Source: Ranitomeya imitator
Taxonomy: Eukaryota
NCBI RefSeq assembly: GCF_032444005.1
Contig: NC_091285.1
Location: 12,648,001 to 12,712,000 of the forward strand
Length of the DNA stretch: 64,000 nt
Direction: 5' to 3'
Part shown: piece by piece, positions 34,798 through 48,076 of the stretch
How the letters are laid out: the number at the start of each line of letters is the position of its first letter
Position numbering within the stretch: position 1 is the stretch's first letter
Notes under the pieces: generated by a model
The model's database searches: none
What the model saw: the letters and a program-made list of their open reading frames with translations, nothing else
What the model was told of the DNA's origin: nothing
Translations under genes and position numbers: made by a program

Positions 34798-36364
34798 CGT
34801 TACATAATTATAATCACACGTACTAGGAAGAAGTAACGGCGCGAGCTCAGGGCTGGAAGTTTCCCTTTTGTTATGACAATGTATAATATAGAGTCCATAG
34901 AAGTCTATGGTACCACATTCCCTCTGTGGGTCTCCAATTTCAGGTCATACATGTATGTTACTTTTTTGCCTCCTCCATTTTATTCTGGATCCAGTGTAAT
35001 CCTGACCTTCATCAGTTGTAATGGAGGAACCTTGTCATATTCTCTAGTGCTGCACCTGGGATCTGGATTGCGCTACTTCACATCATCATACATCGGACAA
35101 TAATCATAATAAGGAGCCAGATGAGGGCGCTATAGAGCGACACCCATAGCACCTACAGCGGCAGGAACAACGTGCCCCAATTCTGCAGACTCCGCTTATT
35201 TCATAGGTTGGACCATTTTCTAATCAGTGGGATGACTCTAGATGGCGATCGTTACTCACGGGAGACTGTTGTAAGCGAGCTCATTCTCTGGGTGCATGGG
35301 GTGGGAGAACTGAGCTTGTCTTCTTTGTGATCCACATACCGCAGACTCAGTCACCCAGCAATCATCTGTGCGAGTGAACAGAGCGCAAAGAATTAGAGCA
35401 TTCGCAGGACGGAGAATAGAGACTTTTACAATGTTTCAGTAAATATTAGGACACGTGAAGAGAGACAATAGCTCCGACAGAGCTTGAAGATTGATTTTGG
35501 CTGTTGGTGTGAGGTAGCGCATTCCAGAGTTCAGGTGCAGCACGAGAGAAAAGAGAGGAAATGAAGTTGTGATTTAGAGAGAAAGGAAGATGCAAATCAT
35601 TGATCAATGAAGTGCAAATGGCGTGAAGTGTGATCCGTCATCCTATCTGGTGTTCACCAATCAAGTCAGTGGAATAACGGAGGTAACAGATTAATTATAG
35701 GGCGGGTTACATAAAACGTGCTGTAACTAATGGAGTCAACTTAAAAAAAGGGTCATAAATTCTGCTTCTCGAAGAGATATATCTTGGTACTGCGTTGGCC
35801 AGTGGATCTTTTCAGTTAGCCATTAAAAGGTATCAACCACTGAGGGTTCTCGAAGACTAATTCTAAGCCTAAGTTTAGTCCTCTTTCCATAGACCAACTT
35901 AGATGTAACCAATGTTTTCCAAGAAGATGCATCCAATTGGTCACCAGTTTTTAATATACCCGTACACGGTCAGTGTCCAGTCAAACTGTCCCACAACATC
36001 ATCAGTTGGGCGAGACACTGGAGGGCAGAAAATAGGAATTAGATCCCACGGAAATCAGCAGTTTCCGCCAAGTTTGCTCTAACACTTATGGCCACCTTGA
36101 GCCTCGATCACTGAGGGAAGATATCTACCATCCCGGAGATCCGTTGTCTCCTGACACCCAAGAATCTGAACAGTGTCATGTGGTTCTTCTAGAAATGGAT
36201 TGATCAGACTTTCAATTTTTGGTTTGCTGTATTAGGAACAGGGGTGGAGTTCTAATGGTGCAGTGATACCACCAGGGATCTGGTAAGGGTAGAAATAACG
36301 ACAAAAGATGGTGGTAAGGAGATTCAATAAAACCTCTGTTGGAAAAAACTACTTACCATTTGCT

Positions 36365-36945
36365 TTAGGTCCAGGTAGCTGAAGCTTCCAATACATTCGT
36401 AGAGAAGGACGGTCCACCGGTAAAATGAATCTCCTGGCACTCCACCACCATCCACAGATGCTCATCCATTGAGTCAGGTCACCACTGTTCATTCACGATC
36501 TGTCATGATCTTTAGATCCAGGTAGCTGAAGTTTCTAATACTTTCCTAGAGAAGGACGATCCACCAGTAGAACGGATCTCCTGGCACTCCACCACCAAAC
36601 ACAGATGCTCATGCATTGAGTCAGGTCACCACTACTCATTCATGATCTGTCATGATCTTTAGATCCAGGTAGCTGAAGTTTCTAATACTTTCCTAGAGAA
36701 GGACGATCCACCAGTAGAACGGATCTCCTGGCACTCCACCACCATACACAGATGCTCATCCATTGAGTCAGGTCACCACTACTCATTCACGATCTGTCAT
36801 GATCTTTAGATCCAGGTAGCTGAAGTTTCTAATACTTTCCTAGAAAAGGACGATCCACCAGTAGAACAGATCTCCTGGCACTCCGCCACCATCCACACAT
36901 GTTTTTCCATTGAGTCAGGTCACAACCACTAATTCATGATTTGTC
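36365..36945. repeat. 147-bp tandem repeat, 4 copies
   Basis: CCAGGTAGCTGAAG at 36371, 36518, 36665 and 36812. Confidence 0.92.
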
Positions 36946-38654
36946 ACCAGCAAGAAACTTGACTTGTTCTACAAAAATTCTTTTTAACCTAAAGTTTGAT
37001 GAAGTGGAAAAATATGTTGATTTTCATAAAGACGTAAGTGATCCGAAACAGTAAGCAAGGAAACATACAATAATTACCCAAGACAGTCATGAAGAGGTGG
37101 TGCGTGTCCCAAAAGATTTACCCTTGCTGATTATTCATCGAGACGTGATTTTGAGAATCATGGATCATAGTTTCTTTGACCTAAACTGGGTGGATGTCTT
37201 CTCCCAAGTTGTCGTCATCATCATTCTTCTGTGTGGAATCACAATCCGTCATGACATGTCCATAGCCATGACGATCCTCATCATTAGTGTCATTCTGCTG
37301 ACTAGGAGATAATCCATAAATTTACATTGGTGGAAGGTGAGAAACGTCGCAATGCCCTAAGGAATGAACAAAAATTGGGTGTCAAGTCCACCCAACTTTT
37401 GGAGAATAGCGTGCTTTATCTTGACATGAGAACCGATTTCTGTAAAGTCGATGCTCTACTGGACACCATCAACTTTTTGGTCGGATGGTTGGTAGGAAAA
37501 GTTCTACGAAAGGTATTGATGGCCAAGGCCTGATCGATGTTGGATGACAACATTATTTTCTTCACCTTTTAACTTCCCGGCTATGGCTTTTTTTTGTGAA
37601 CATCTAGTATTAGTAAAAGACGCTTGTCCATCTATGAAAGACTCTAAATGTTTTTGGAGATGCTGTCTTCCAAGATGATCAAACTTCCGACTGGTTGTCC
37701 GATATGATGTGCACAAGATGTCTGATCCATGGTTAGAGATGCCACCAACATCATGGCAAAGAACTGCTTAAAAGGCAACCATGAATTGACGAAATGGGGG
37801 GTTTTTAGTCCTCCTTATAGGTAAGGGTCCTAGAGGTGGGACTTATATCTTGAGGACATGTCATAAATCAAGCTGGAGTAAGGTGAACCTCCTGGACTCC
37901 TGCAAGATTTGGCAAAACTTGTCAACAGTCTCAATGGGCAGGAAGGATGCTTAGCAAAACCATGCCCCAAAGTAGGAGTTTGTGGGAAATTTGCGGACAT
38001 TCCTGGGTTTTCTAGGGGATTAAATGAGCCCAAATTTTAAATATTGTGAAAAATAGCAAATCTTCCCATGCAGAAAAGTATGGTCTGGAACTGTTTGTTC
38101 CGACAACTACGTCAAGGGATGGAATGGCAGCCATATTGGTTGTCACTCATCTTTTTCAGAACTTTGGGGGAGATTTTTCTGACTTTTTGTTGGAACATGA
38201 CTTCATAATATTTGAGAATGAACCTCTGGATTACTCCTCTGATAATTTATTCCACTTCAACGTATATATAATGCATCACATGTTACAACAGGTCCATCAA
38301 TCACCGAATATTTCAAATGATTGCCCCTGATTACAATGTATAAGAATGTGATAGAAGGCGGCAACCAAGGTTACATGCTGTATACTGCTACTAGGGGTAT
38401 ACGGGAAAGCAGGACCATGGGCATGACACTGTGCTGTGTACCGTCGCTGTGCACTGCTGTCAGAGCAAACTTCACAGTGCCAGCAAATAAATAACAAGCA
38501 AAAGTGCCAGCAGGGACATTAACAAAGTCAGCAAAGAGTTCGATTATAACAGGTGAAGAAGAGAGAGAAATTACATCGATTTCATACATTAATAGATTCA
38601 GCAGACTTCTTCACATCTTCGGTTTCCATTCACACAGCCATGGAAAAATCCAAG

Positions 38655-40964
38655 CTGTCTGCAGCCACCACTAGGTGGAGCTCCCTGTATACAGAGAAAC
38701 ATGATAAGAGTCTGTCTGCAGCCACCACTAGGGGGAGCTCCCTGTATACAGAGATACATGATAAGATCCTGTCTGCAGTCACCACTAGGGGGAGCTCCCT
38801 GTATACAGAGATACATGATAAGATCCTGTCTGCAGCCACCACTAGGGGGAGCTCCCTGTATACAGAGATACATGATAAGATCCTGTCTGCAGCCACCACT
38901 AGGGGGAGCTCCCTGTATATAGAGATACATGATAAGATCCTGTCTGCAGCCACCACTAGGGGGAGCTCCTTGTATACAGAGAGACATGATAAGATCCTGT
39001 CTGCAGCCACCACTAGGGGGAGATCCCGGTACACAGAGATACATGATAAGATCCTGTCTGCAGCCACCACTAGGGGGAGCTCCCGGTATACAGAGATACA
39101 TGATAAGATCCTGTCTGCAGCCACCACTAGGGGGAGCTCCCTGTATACAGAGATACATGATAAGATCCTGTCTGCAGCCACCACTAGGGGGAGCTACCTG
39201 TATACAGAGATACATGATAAGGTCCTATCTGCAGTTACCACTAGGGGGAGTTCCCTGTATACAGAGATACATGATAAGATCCTGTCTGCAGCCACCACTA
39301 GGGGGAGCTCCCGATACACAGAGATACATAAGATCCTGTCTGCAGCCTCCACTAGGGGGAGCTCCCTGTATACAGAGATACATGATAAGATCCTGTCTGC
39401 AGTCACCACTAGGGGGAGCTCCCTGTATACAGAGATACATGATAAGATCCTGTCTGCAGTCACCACTAGGGGGAGCTCCCTGTATACAGAGATACATGAT
39501 AAGATCCTGTCTGCAGTCACCACTAGGGGGAGCTCCCTGTATACAGAGATACATGATAATATCCTGTCTGCAGTCACCACTAGGGGGAGCTCCCTATATA
39601 CAGAGATACATGATAAGATCCTGTCTGCAGTCACCACTAGGGGGAGCTCCCTGTATACAGAGATACATGATAAGATCCTGTCTGCAGTCACCACTAGGGG
39701 GAGCTCCCTGTATACAGAGATACATGATAAGATCCTGTCTGTAGCCACCACTAGGGGGAGCTCCCTGTATACAGAGATACATGATAAGATCCTGTCTGCA
39801 GCCTCCACTATGGGGAGCTCCCTGTATACAGAGATACATAAGATCCTGTCTGCAGTCACCACTAGGGGGAGCTCCCTGTATACATAGATACATGATAAGA
39901 TCCTGTCTGCAGCCACCACTAGGGGGAGTTCCCTGTATACAGAGATACATGATAAGATCCTGTCTGCAGCCACCACTAGGGGGAGCTCCCGGTATACAGA
40001 GATACATAAGATCCTGTCTGCAGCCTCCACTAGGGGGAGCTCCCTGTATACAGAGATACATGATAAGATCCTGTCTGCAGTCACCACTAGGGGGAGCTCC
40101 CTGTATACAGAGATACATGATAAGATCCTGTCTGCAGTCACCACTAGGGGGAGCTCCCTGTATACAGAGATACATGATAAGATCCTGTCTGCAGTCACCA
40201 CTAGGGGGAGCTCCCTGTATACAGAGATACATGATAAGATCCTGTCTGTAGCCACCACTAGGGGGAGCTCCCTGTATACAGAGATACATGATAAGATCCT
40301 GTCTGCAGTCACCACTAGGGGGAGCTCCCTGTATACTGAGATACATGATAAGATCCTGTCTGCAGCCACCAGTAGGGGGAGCTCCCTGTATACAGAGATA
40401 CATGATAAGATCCTGTCTGCAGCCACTACTATGGGGAGCTCCCTGTATACAGAGATACATGGTAAGATCCTGTCTGCAGTCACCACTAGGAGGAGCTCCC
40501 TGTATACAGAGATACATGATAAGATCCTGTCTGCAGCCACTACTATGGGGAGCTCCCTGTATACAGAGATACATGGTAAGATCCTGTCTGCAGCCACCAC
40601 TAGGGGGAGCTCCCTGTATACAGAGATACATGATAAGATCCTGTCTGCAGTCACCACTAGGGGGAGCTCCCTGTATACAGAGATACATGATAAGATCCTG
40701 TCTGAAGCCACCACTAGGGGGAGCTCCCTGTATACAGAGATACATGATAAGATCCTGTCTGAAGCCACCACTAGGGGGAGCTCCCTGTATACAGAGATAC
40801 ATGATAAGATCCTGTCTGAAGCCACCACTAGGGGGAGCTCCCTGTATACAGAGATACATGATAAGATCCTGTCTGCAGTCACCACTAGGGGGAGCTCCCT
40901 GTATACAGAGATACATGATAAGATCGTGTCTGCAGTCACCACTAGGGGGAGCTCCCTGCATACA
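38655..40964 (+). repeat. 57-bp minisatellite array 2 (~40 units)
   Basis: Same unit and orientation as array 1; several units carry a 3-bp deletion (GATACATAAG). Confidence 0.98.
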
Positions 40965-41555
40965 ATGAAGTTAATTATTGCAATGTTTGGATATAACAAG
41001 ATCCACTAGTGGGGTCCTCTATTATTAGGAGCCTGCCGCAAATCTGTAGTTGTATGCTTCTGTGCACATTCTTCTTTTATTTCTTTGTGCAGATAAAGAC
41101 CATATGCATTTGTTTTACTGTATTTGTCTTGTAAAATTATACCGCCACACTGTGCACAGTAAAATGCATTGTGCTGGAGCTGCTCCAAGCCTGTACAATG
41201 TGTTATGTGATCTGCACAGCAGAGCCGCACCCCACCCCTCCCTGATCCTGAGGGTCTGTGCACCTCCTGTACAGCCTGCTCTCCCCTCCTGCACAGAGCC
41301 CAACCCTGAACCTGAGGGACACTAAAACCGCCCCTCCGCTATCTGAGGAATCCCAGGCTGGGATACAAGGAGGGAGGTGTCATGTCAGTAACTAAGTGAG
41401 GAAGCTGCTTGTGTGGAGGTGTGTACTGGGATCCTGTACTGGGAGCTGTGTGTGCACTGGTGTCTGCTCCTGGGAAGTAGTGTGCACTGTGCCTTGTGTT
41501 TACAGGTGGCCGCCATAGCTCTCCAGAGGAAGGATCCAGAGCCTACAGATCCAGA

Positions 41556-41769
41556 ATGGCCGTCCTCGCCTCCCCCAGCACGGACCAGGGGTACATACGA
41601 ACCGTCCTGAGCAATGAACACTTCATGGACCTGGATACGTCCACCTTGGCTCTACCCTCCGAGGAGAAGCTGTCAATCAGCCGCCAAGACCTGGAGAAAG
41701 CCATGAGGATCCAGCACCAGGTCCAGCTCACCATGGCAAGGAAGACCACCAAGAAGAGTCTGGCTAATG
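41556..41769 (+). CDS. pkp2: Plakophilin-2 first coding exon
   Basis: MAVLASPSTDQGYIRTVLSNEHFMDLDTSTLALPSEEKL...RIQHQVQLTMARK...ANG matches the PKP2 head motifs (GYIRTVL, LDSSSLALPSE, RIQEQVQQTLARK); phase-1 donor GTGAGT. Confidence 0.9.
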
Positions 41770-42729
41770 GTGAGTTAACCGCCGTTGGCACTATTGCTAT
41801 TGGTTATACCCACCTGTGCCAGGGTAGAGCCAGCCATATAAGGTGCGAAAGCTGGAGGAAAAGAGACGGTAACGAGGGGTAATGCAATGAGGTCAGGTGG
41901 AGGCAGAGAAAGCCGCACACTTTATAGTTCGGGGCGCTTTGCAGAATTGGCATTGAGGCCGAAGACTGCAAGTCACTTCCTAAATTATGTTTTATGTGTT
42001 TGGCCATTTTATAGGGATATTCCTGATAACTGTTACATGGGTGTGGACCCCCACTCGTTGCCAGAACAGACGACTTGTGTCCCCATTTCTCTCTGGTTGC
42101 AAGATAACGGACATTGCTGTGACCCCCAACGATCAAGAAAAAAGGCAATTAATTTTGTCGCCATTTATTTGTGATTCTTTTTGGCTAAAATTTTGCGTCC
42201 CCATGATTGACATTACTGAGGACTTGAGTCTGTAGTTCTCCCCCTATCTGCAAGATCGTGGTCACCACTGGGACCACCATCGATTGCCAGAGAGGAGGAC
42301 TTATGTCCCTGTTTTGCCTGGTCCTCCCATGGCTGCAAGATCTCACTCACCATAGTGGCCCCCAATCATCTCCAGAATTGAGGACTTGTGTATTGATTTC
42401 TCCTCAGGCTACAAACTAGTGGTCAGTAGGAACTGAGTGCGGCATTTTGTTTGGCTATCTTCGGGTAGCTTCAGTGTTATAAATATGAATAAAGCGCCAT
42501 GAGTGTGCATAACCTCTTGGCCCTGTTTTGGTGATCGTTGGAGGTCCCATTGGTGGTCACGATCTTGTGGCCAGAGAAGAATCAAGGACGAATTGCAAGT
42601 TCTCCATTTTGGCGATTAACAGGGGTCATGAATAGAACATGAGAAGCATGCACGACCTGCTCAAGTTCTCTGTTTTGTTGATCGCTGGGGACCTAGATCT
42701 TGCAGCCAGGGAGGAATCAGTGGAAAAAG

Positions 42730-43830
42730 GGAGACAAGTCCTCAAAATCCAGGACAAATCTGGGAACACAAACCCTCGAGAACCAGGAGAGAACTACGGA
42801 CACATGTCCTCAAGAACTGGGGACACAAGTCCTTGAGAAACGGGAAAATTGGAGACATAAGTCCTTAACAACCAAGGGAAAACTGAAGACATGATTCCTC
42901 TAGAACCAGTGGAGAACTAGGGACACAATTCCATGAGCATTAACTGGGCACATAAGTCCTCGAGAACCAGGAAAAACTGGGAACACATGTCCTCAAGAAC
43001 CAGGGGAAAGCTGGGGACACAAGTCCTCAAGAACCAGTAGAGAACTGAGGTCACAAGTCCTCGAGAGCCAGGGGAGAACTAGGGACACAAGTCCTCAAAA
43101 GACAGAGGAGAACAGGGGACAGAAGTACCGTAATTGAGAACCAGGGGAAAACTGGGACACAATTCAAGTCCTCCGGAACCAGTAGGAAACCAGGGTCAAA
43201 AGTCCTCAAGAACCAGGGTAAAACTGGGGAGACAAGTCTTCGAGAACCAGAGGGGAACAAGGGACACAAGTCCTCAAGAACCAGGGGAAGACTGGGAACA
43301 CGAGTTTTTGATAGCCAAGGGAAAACTGAGGGCATGAGTCCTCAAGAACCTGTTGAGAACTAAGGACACAAGTCTTCAAAAGACAGGGGAGAACTAGGGA
43401 CACAAGTCCTTGATAACCATGAGAGAACTAGTGACACAGGTCATCGAGAACCAGAGCAGAACTAGGGTTATAACTCCTGAAAAATCAGGGAAATGCTAAG
43501 GACACAAGTATTGAGAATCAGAAGGGAACTAAGGAGATAAGTCCTTGGGGACCAGGAAAGAACTAGGGACACAAGTCCTTGAGAACCAGGGGAAAATAGG
43601 GAACACAAGGTCTCAAGAAGCAGGAGGGAACCAATGAGACAAGTGCTCAAGCACCAGAAAAGATCCAGGGATAAAAGTCCTCAAGAACTAGGGGAGAACT
43701 GGGGACACAAGTCCTTGAGAACCACTGGGGAACTAGGGACACAAGTCATCAAGAACCAGTAGAAAACTGGGGACACAAGTTTTTGATTGCCAGAATAAAT
43801 CTAGGGGCACAAGTCCTCAAGAACCTGGGG
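42730..43830. repeat. Degenerate ~34-bp minisatellite
   Basis: Recurring GGGACACAAGTCCTCAAGAACCAGGGGAGAACT; related inverted copies at ~42220-42400. Confidence 0.85.
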
Positions 43831-44873
43831 AAATAGTGATTGTTGGATATCCAGTGTCTGGGACTATCCCCAATCTAGCAGTTACCACCTACAACGTAGA
43901 GTACTTGTTTAGGCTGGTTTTCCTTTTTAAATCTGGGAACACAAATGCTGTTGTTGCTGCAGTTTTTGGGCCAATGCCAGAACCTGTATAATCCGTCCTA
44001 GAACTTCTGTTCCTTTTGAACCAATTTATGTTTTTTTAGCTAAAAAAAAAAAGAAGCCAAATTTCCATCCTAAATCTGAGTTGTTCTGCGCTTCGCATAG
44101 ATTTCGAAGGCTCCACTTCTGGAAGTCTTCAGTGTTTCACCTCAATGCCAGTCTTCTGCTATCAGGCATCACAAAAATAACGTTAAGAGGTCGATGACTT
44201 ATCACAGCTGGAGATGAAATATTTAAATATGGAGACCTAGACTATTGAAATCAAAGAAAGGATAGAAACCATGAGCTTATCTGGGGTGAAAATGGTTAAA
44301 AAAAGTGAAAAAATATGATTGCCTGGATCTGTTGTCCTCAAATATGAAGTGTGACATCTTTGTTTTTACACACTTTTCTGGTTAATTATCTGTGGTGTAA
44401 AAAGAAAATAGTATTGTTGATATCTGGAAACCATCAACAAGTAGGCTACACTGCTTTTTATTGAGCCTATCACTGAATATAAATTCTATTGAGAGACTAT
44501 CAGACCCAGAAGATATTGACAGGAGAAGATCATGGTGCCTTCAAAGTCCAAACTAGGCACACACAATAAGAATAGCCGATTTGTCTACAGCAACTTAGCC
44601 ATGAGCATGTAGATTGTTTCCTGAAGTGATGGGCGTTCACACTTTTACTTTACATCGTAATGCATACAATTTATCAATATCACCCCAAGCTTCCCTGTAG
44701 GCTTGGCAACTACTTACTAATTCTTAAAGGGAATGTTCAGAATTTAAAAAAAAAGTTTGTTCTGCCCAAAACAGTGACACCCCATCCTCAGATTGTGTAT
44801 GGCATTGCAACTTTGATGTAATTTAAGGGTTTAAAACTAAAACTAATCGGCTCCGAATGTTGGATGTTCTTAA

Positions 44874-45250
44874 AGGGAATCTATCACTTGGAATAAATAT
44901 GTACTTTTTTAACCTGGTATAAATGTCTCTGATCTTCTGAATCCAGGGCTGTTTTTCTTTTGTTTCTACGCCTCTGCGTTCCTGAGATATGGCCCACTAA
45001 TCACTGATCATAAATCAAGTCTTTTTTCCCAGTGGGAGTGATCCCGAGCACTTTTTTGTGGGCGTGATTTTAAGAACCACACCCCATTGGATAGCAAGGC
45101 TGCATTTACATCCAGGGAAGAAAGGGACATATCTCAGGAACGGAGAGGCGCAGGAACAAAAGAAAAACATCGCCGGATTCAGGAGAACAGCGGCTTTTAG
45201 ACCAGATAAAAAAAGAAAATCATATATTTATGTTAAGTGTCAGGTTCTCT
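44874..45250. mobile_element. T2/Kolobok-type MITE
   Basis: TTAA-AGGGAATCTATCA ... TCAGGTTCTCT-GTAA; internal inverted arms GTTCCTGAGATATG / CATATCTCAGGAAC. Confidence 0.7.
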
Positions 45251-45859
45251 GTAAGACATTTCCTTAAAGCATTAGCCGTAATTAGCACTGGGACCTATAT
45301 CAGGGATTACCCGCCATCAGGTGAGTGGTGGGTGTAAGTGACTCCTGTCAATTTCCGCCCCCGTCTCTTTACATCGCGGCATTTATAGCTTCCGGCTCAA
45401 CATATAAAATCCAGTAAACTATAATAAACGTATAATAATCAGTAACAACCAGTAATAGGCGGCACACCGGATATTAAAGCAGATGGATCTTGTGGACACT
45501 CTGTGTGCGCGGGAAAAACTGGGCGATAATCCCTGTGGCCACAATTTTTTTTTTTTAAATCCTCCTTGAAAAAAGATAAGGGGGCTTCTGGGGGCTGCAC
45601 ATTCCACAGAGCGGTCCTGCATTCTTCCCCATGACCTCTCAGCCCTGCACGGTGCCTAATGCATCATACCGGTGTACAGAAGACGTCCTGAGTGGTCTCC
45701 ACCATAAATATTACCATCTGGCCACTCTGGGGTCCTCGCTCTGGAACAAGGGGCTTATGAGATAAGGGGTTTTAATGTTCACAACTGGGTGGTGTCACTG
45801 GTTTTTGTCACATTTTATACTGGGGTGACTGGGCAAGGTATATAGACCATGAATGAGTG

Positions 45860-46230
45860 GAAACACAGCAGCACAGAGTGTTTCAGGAGACTATGGGGCT
45901 GCGATGTCGGGGGAAGACAGGTTCGCATATCATATGAGAAGGAAGATGGAGAACTTCAGGGTTATAGTGTGGTCCACAGCAGCACAGAGGATTTCAGGAG
46001 ACCAGTGTGCTAGTCTTGTGAGGTTTCAGTAATATTTCGGAGAACAGGGCCACGTGTGACAAGACGTGAGGACGTCAGGAGATCGCAACACCAGGGAAAA
46101 TTAGATTTCCAACAGCACAGAGTTTTTCAGGAGAGGAGTAATCTGATGATAGTGGGGACGGGGAAGGTGATGCAGACTGAGCACGGTCCACAGCAGCGCA
46201 GAGGATTTCAGCAGGGGCGTGTGCTGGGCT
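45860..46230. repeat. Degenerate repeat with core CACAGCAGCACAGAGGATTTCAGGAG (4 copies)
   Basis: Core recurs at ~45864, 45974, 46111 and 46187. Confidence 0.6.
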
Positions 46231-46669
46231 TATGGTGGGCAGTGACTCATATTTTGGATTGTGGCCTTCACTGCCAGCACATTCCTATAGAATGAGGGAA
46301 ATGCTGGAATCAGCAGAGATCCGGCGCCTTCCGTCCGTCGGACTCCGCAGAATCAGCGCTTCCCCTGAATCATTGCCGAGTCCAGGATCACGACTGGTTC
46401 AGGCTGGAAGATTAATCGCTAAAACTTGAAGTGCTCAGGTTGTTGTTCCGTGCTTTACACTGCAGATCTGCTTGTTCAGATTGGGTCACATTATTTATTG
46501 TCACGAGCAGTGGTTACTTTTTTTCTGGCCCCCACCCTGGCTCGAAAGTGGTGAGCGACCGTATAGAAGGCTGTCCTTACCCTGCGTGTTTCTAGCGCGG
46601 TTCCCTTCGTTCACACCGAATTTAAACATAGTGTACGAACAACCGTATCGTAAACTGCGATATAGTACG

Positions 46670-47220
46670 GTGAATAAAAAATACCGCCATAGGGTCTCCA
46701 AATAATACTCCTATACAGCTGCCTAAATAAAACAGCGCTTCTACCAAAATACCGTACTGGATATTATTTTTGCAGTGTCACACAAAGCCTTCAAAAATAC
46801 CATCAAACGGTGCTGAAATCATACCGCCATACACTGCCAAAATATTATACAACATGGTGCTTATGTATGAGCGTGTAAAGAAATCCCACCAAACAGTCCC
46901 GAAATAATACCGCCATACATTATAAAAATAATATTCTGTACAGTGCCAAACAAGCTTATAAATACCACCAAACAGCGCTCAAATAATACCGCCGTACAGT
47001 GCAAAATAATATACAATGCAGAGCGTTTGTAACAGCCACACAACACCAAGTAAATACCATCAAACGGTGCTGAAATAAAACCGCCGTGCAGTGCAAAAAA
47101 TATACAACGCAGTGCTTATGTAAGATTGTCTAAAGACATCCCACCAAACAGTGCTCAAATAATACCGCCATACATTAAAAAAATATATACTATACATACA
47201 GCCATACAGTGATAGAACAT
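46670..47220. repeat. Degenerate AATACCGCCATAC/CCAAACAGTGC repeat with a ~257-bp duplication
   Basis: CCATCAAACGGTGCTGAAAT at ~46800 and ~47058; CCCACCAAACAGT at ~46884 and ~47140. Confidence 0.6.
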
Positions 47221-48076
47221 CAGCTATATTCGGACCGAAGTCTCACAACAGTGGCGCCCTCTTGAGCACAGGTTGGGTAGGACATGACATTACATCTCGG
47301 TCCCACCCCCCTAGGACCACTGTGGTCAGAATGGAGATGTGGTCACGCGCGCAGCTCTACGATCATTTCAATGGGAGCCCAAGAAATTGGTCATCTCTGC
47401 CAGAGGGCGCCCCCTACCTGTCAGACAGTTATGGCATACCCTATAAATGGGAACACCCCTTTAAGGCCAACCTTGTAACTCATAGCGGCGGAATCAGAAC
47501 AAACACAGGAATCGTTGGTTGTCTGTCACTGTGGAGACGCATGATTCTGCGTAAGAGCTGCGTACCTCAGACGGAAGTCGATTTTTTATTTTCTTAAATC
47601 AAAACTTTTTTTTTCAATTTCAAACTCATTGGAGCAGTAGACAAATAGCGGCGGGTTGTGTACGTCTGCACCCATTCTTTTCTCTTTCCTCTTCCCCTTT
47701 GTTTGTGCGGTGGTAGAGCTACCAGCCTGACCAGACAAGTCCTTCCTGTAGCATCATGGCCCTCAGCAATGTACGAAGCAGGTTTATTCTCTGAATGATA
47801 CATTCCTCGCCGTGCGCTCAGATATTATTACCGTCACATGACTCCTCGGGAATTACACCGCGCTTTCAACTCCACGATCAGCTTCAATGTAAATGATGGC
47901 GACACACCCAGGAGGCGTCCGCATCCACCGAGCCGAGCAGTCACCCAGCATCTGACGCCACTGATCTCCGCACATCACATGTGGATGGTATTAGAATTGT
48001 ATATATATTTACGTGCAGAGTCAATATTGACTGGGAGTCAGCGGGATGTGTAACCAGCAAAGTCATAATGTATGAT

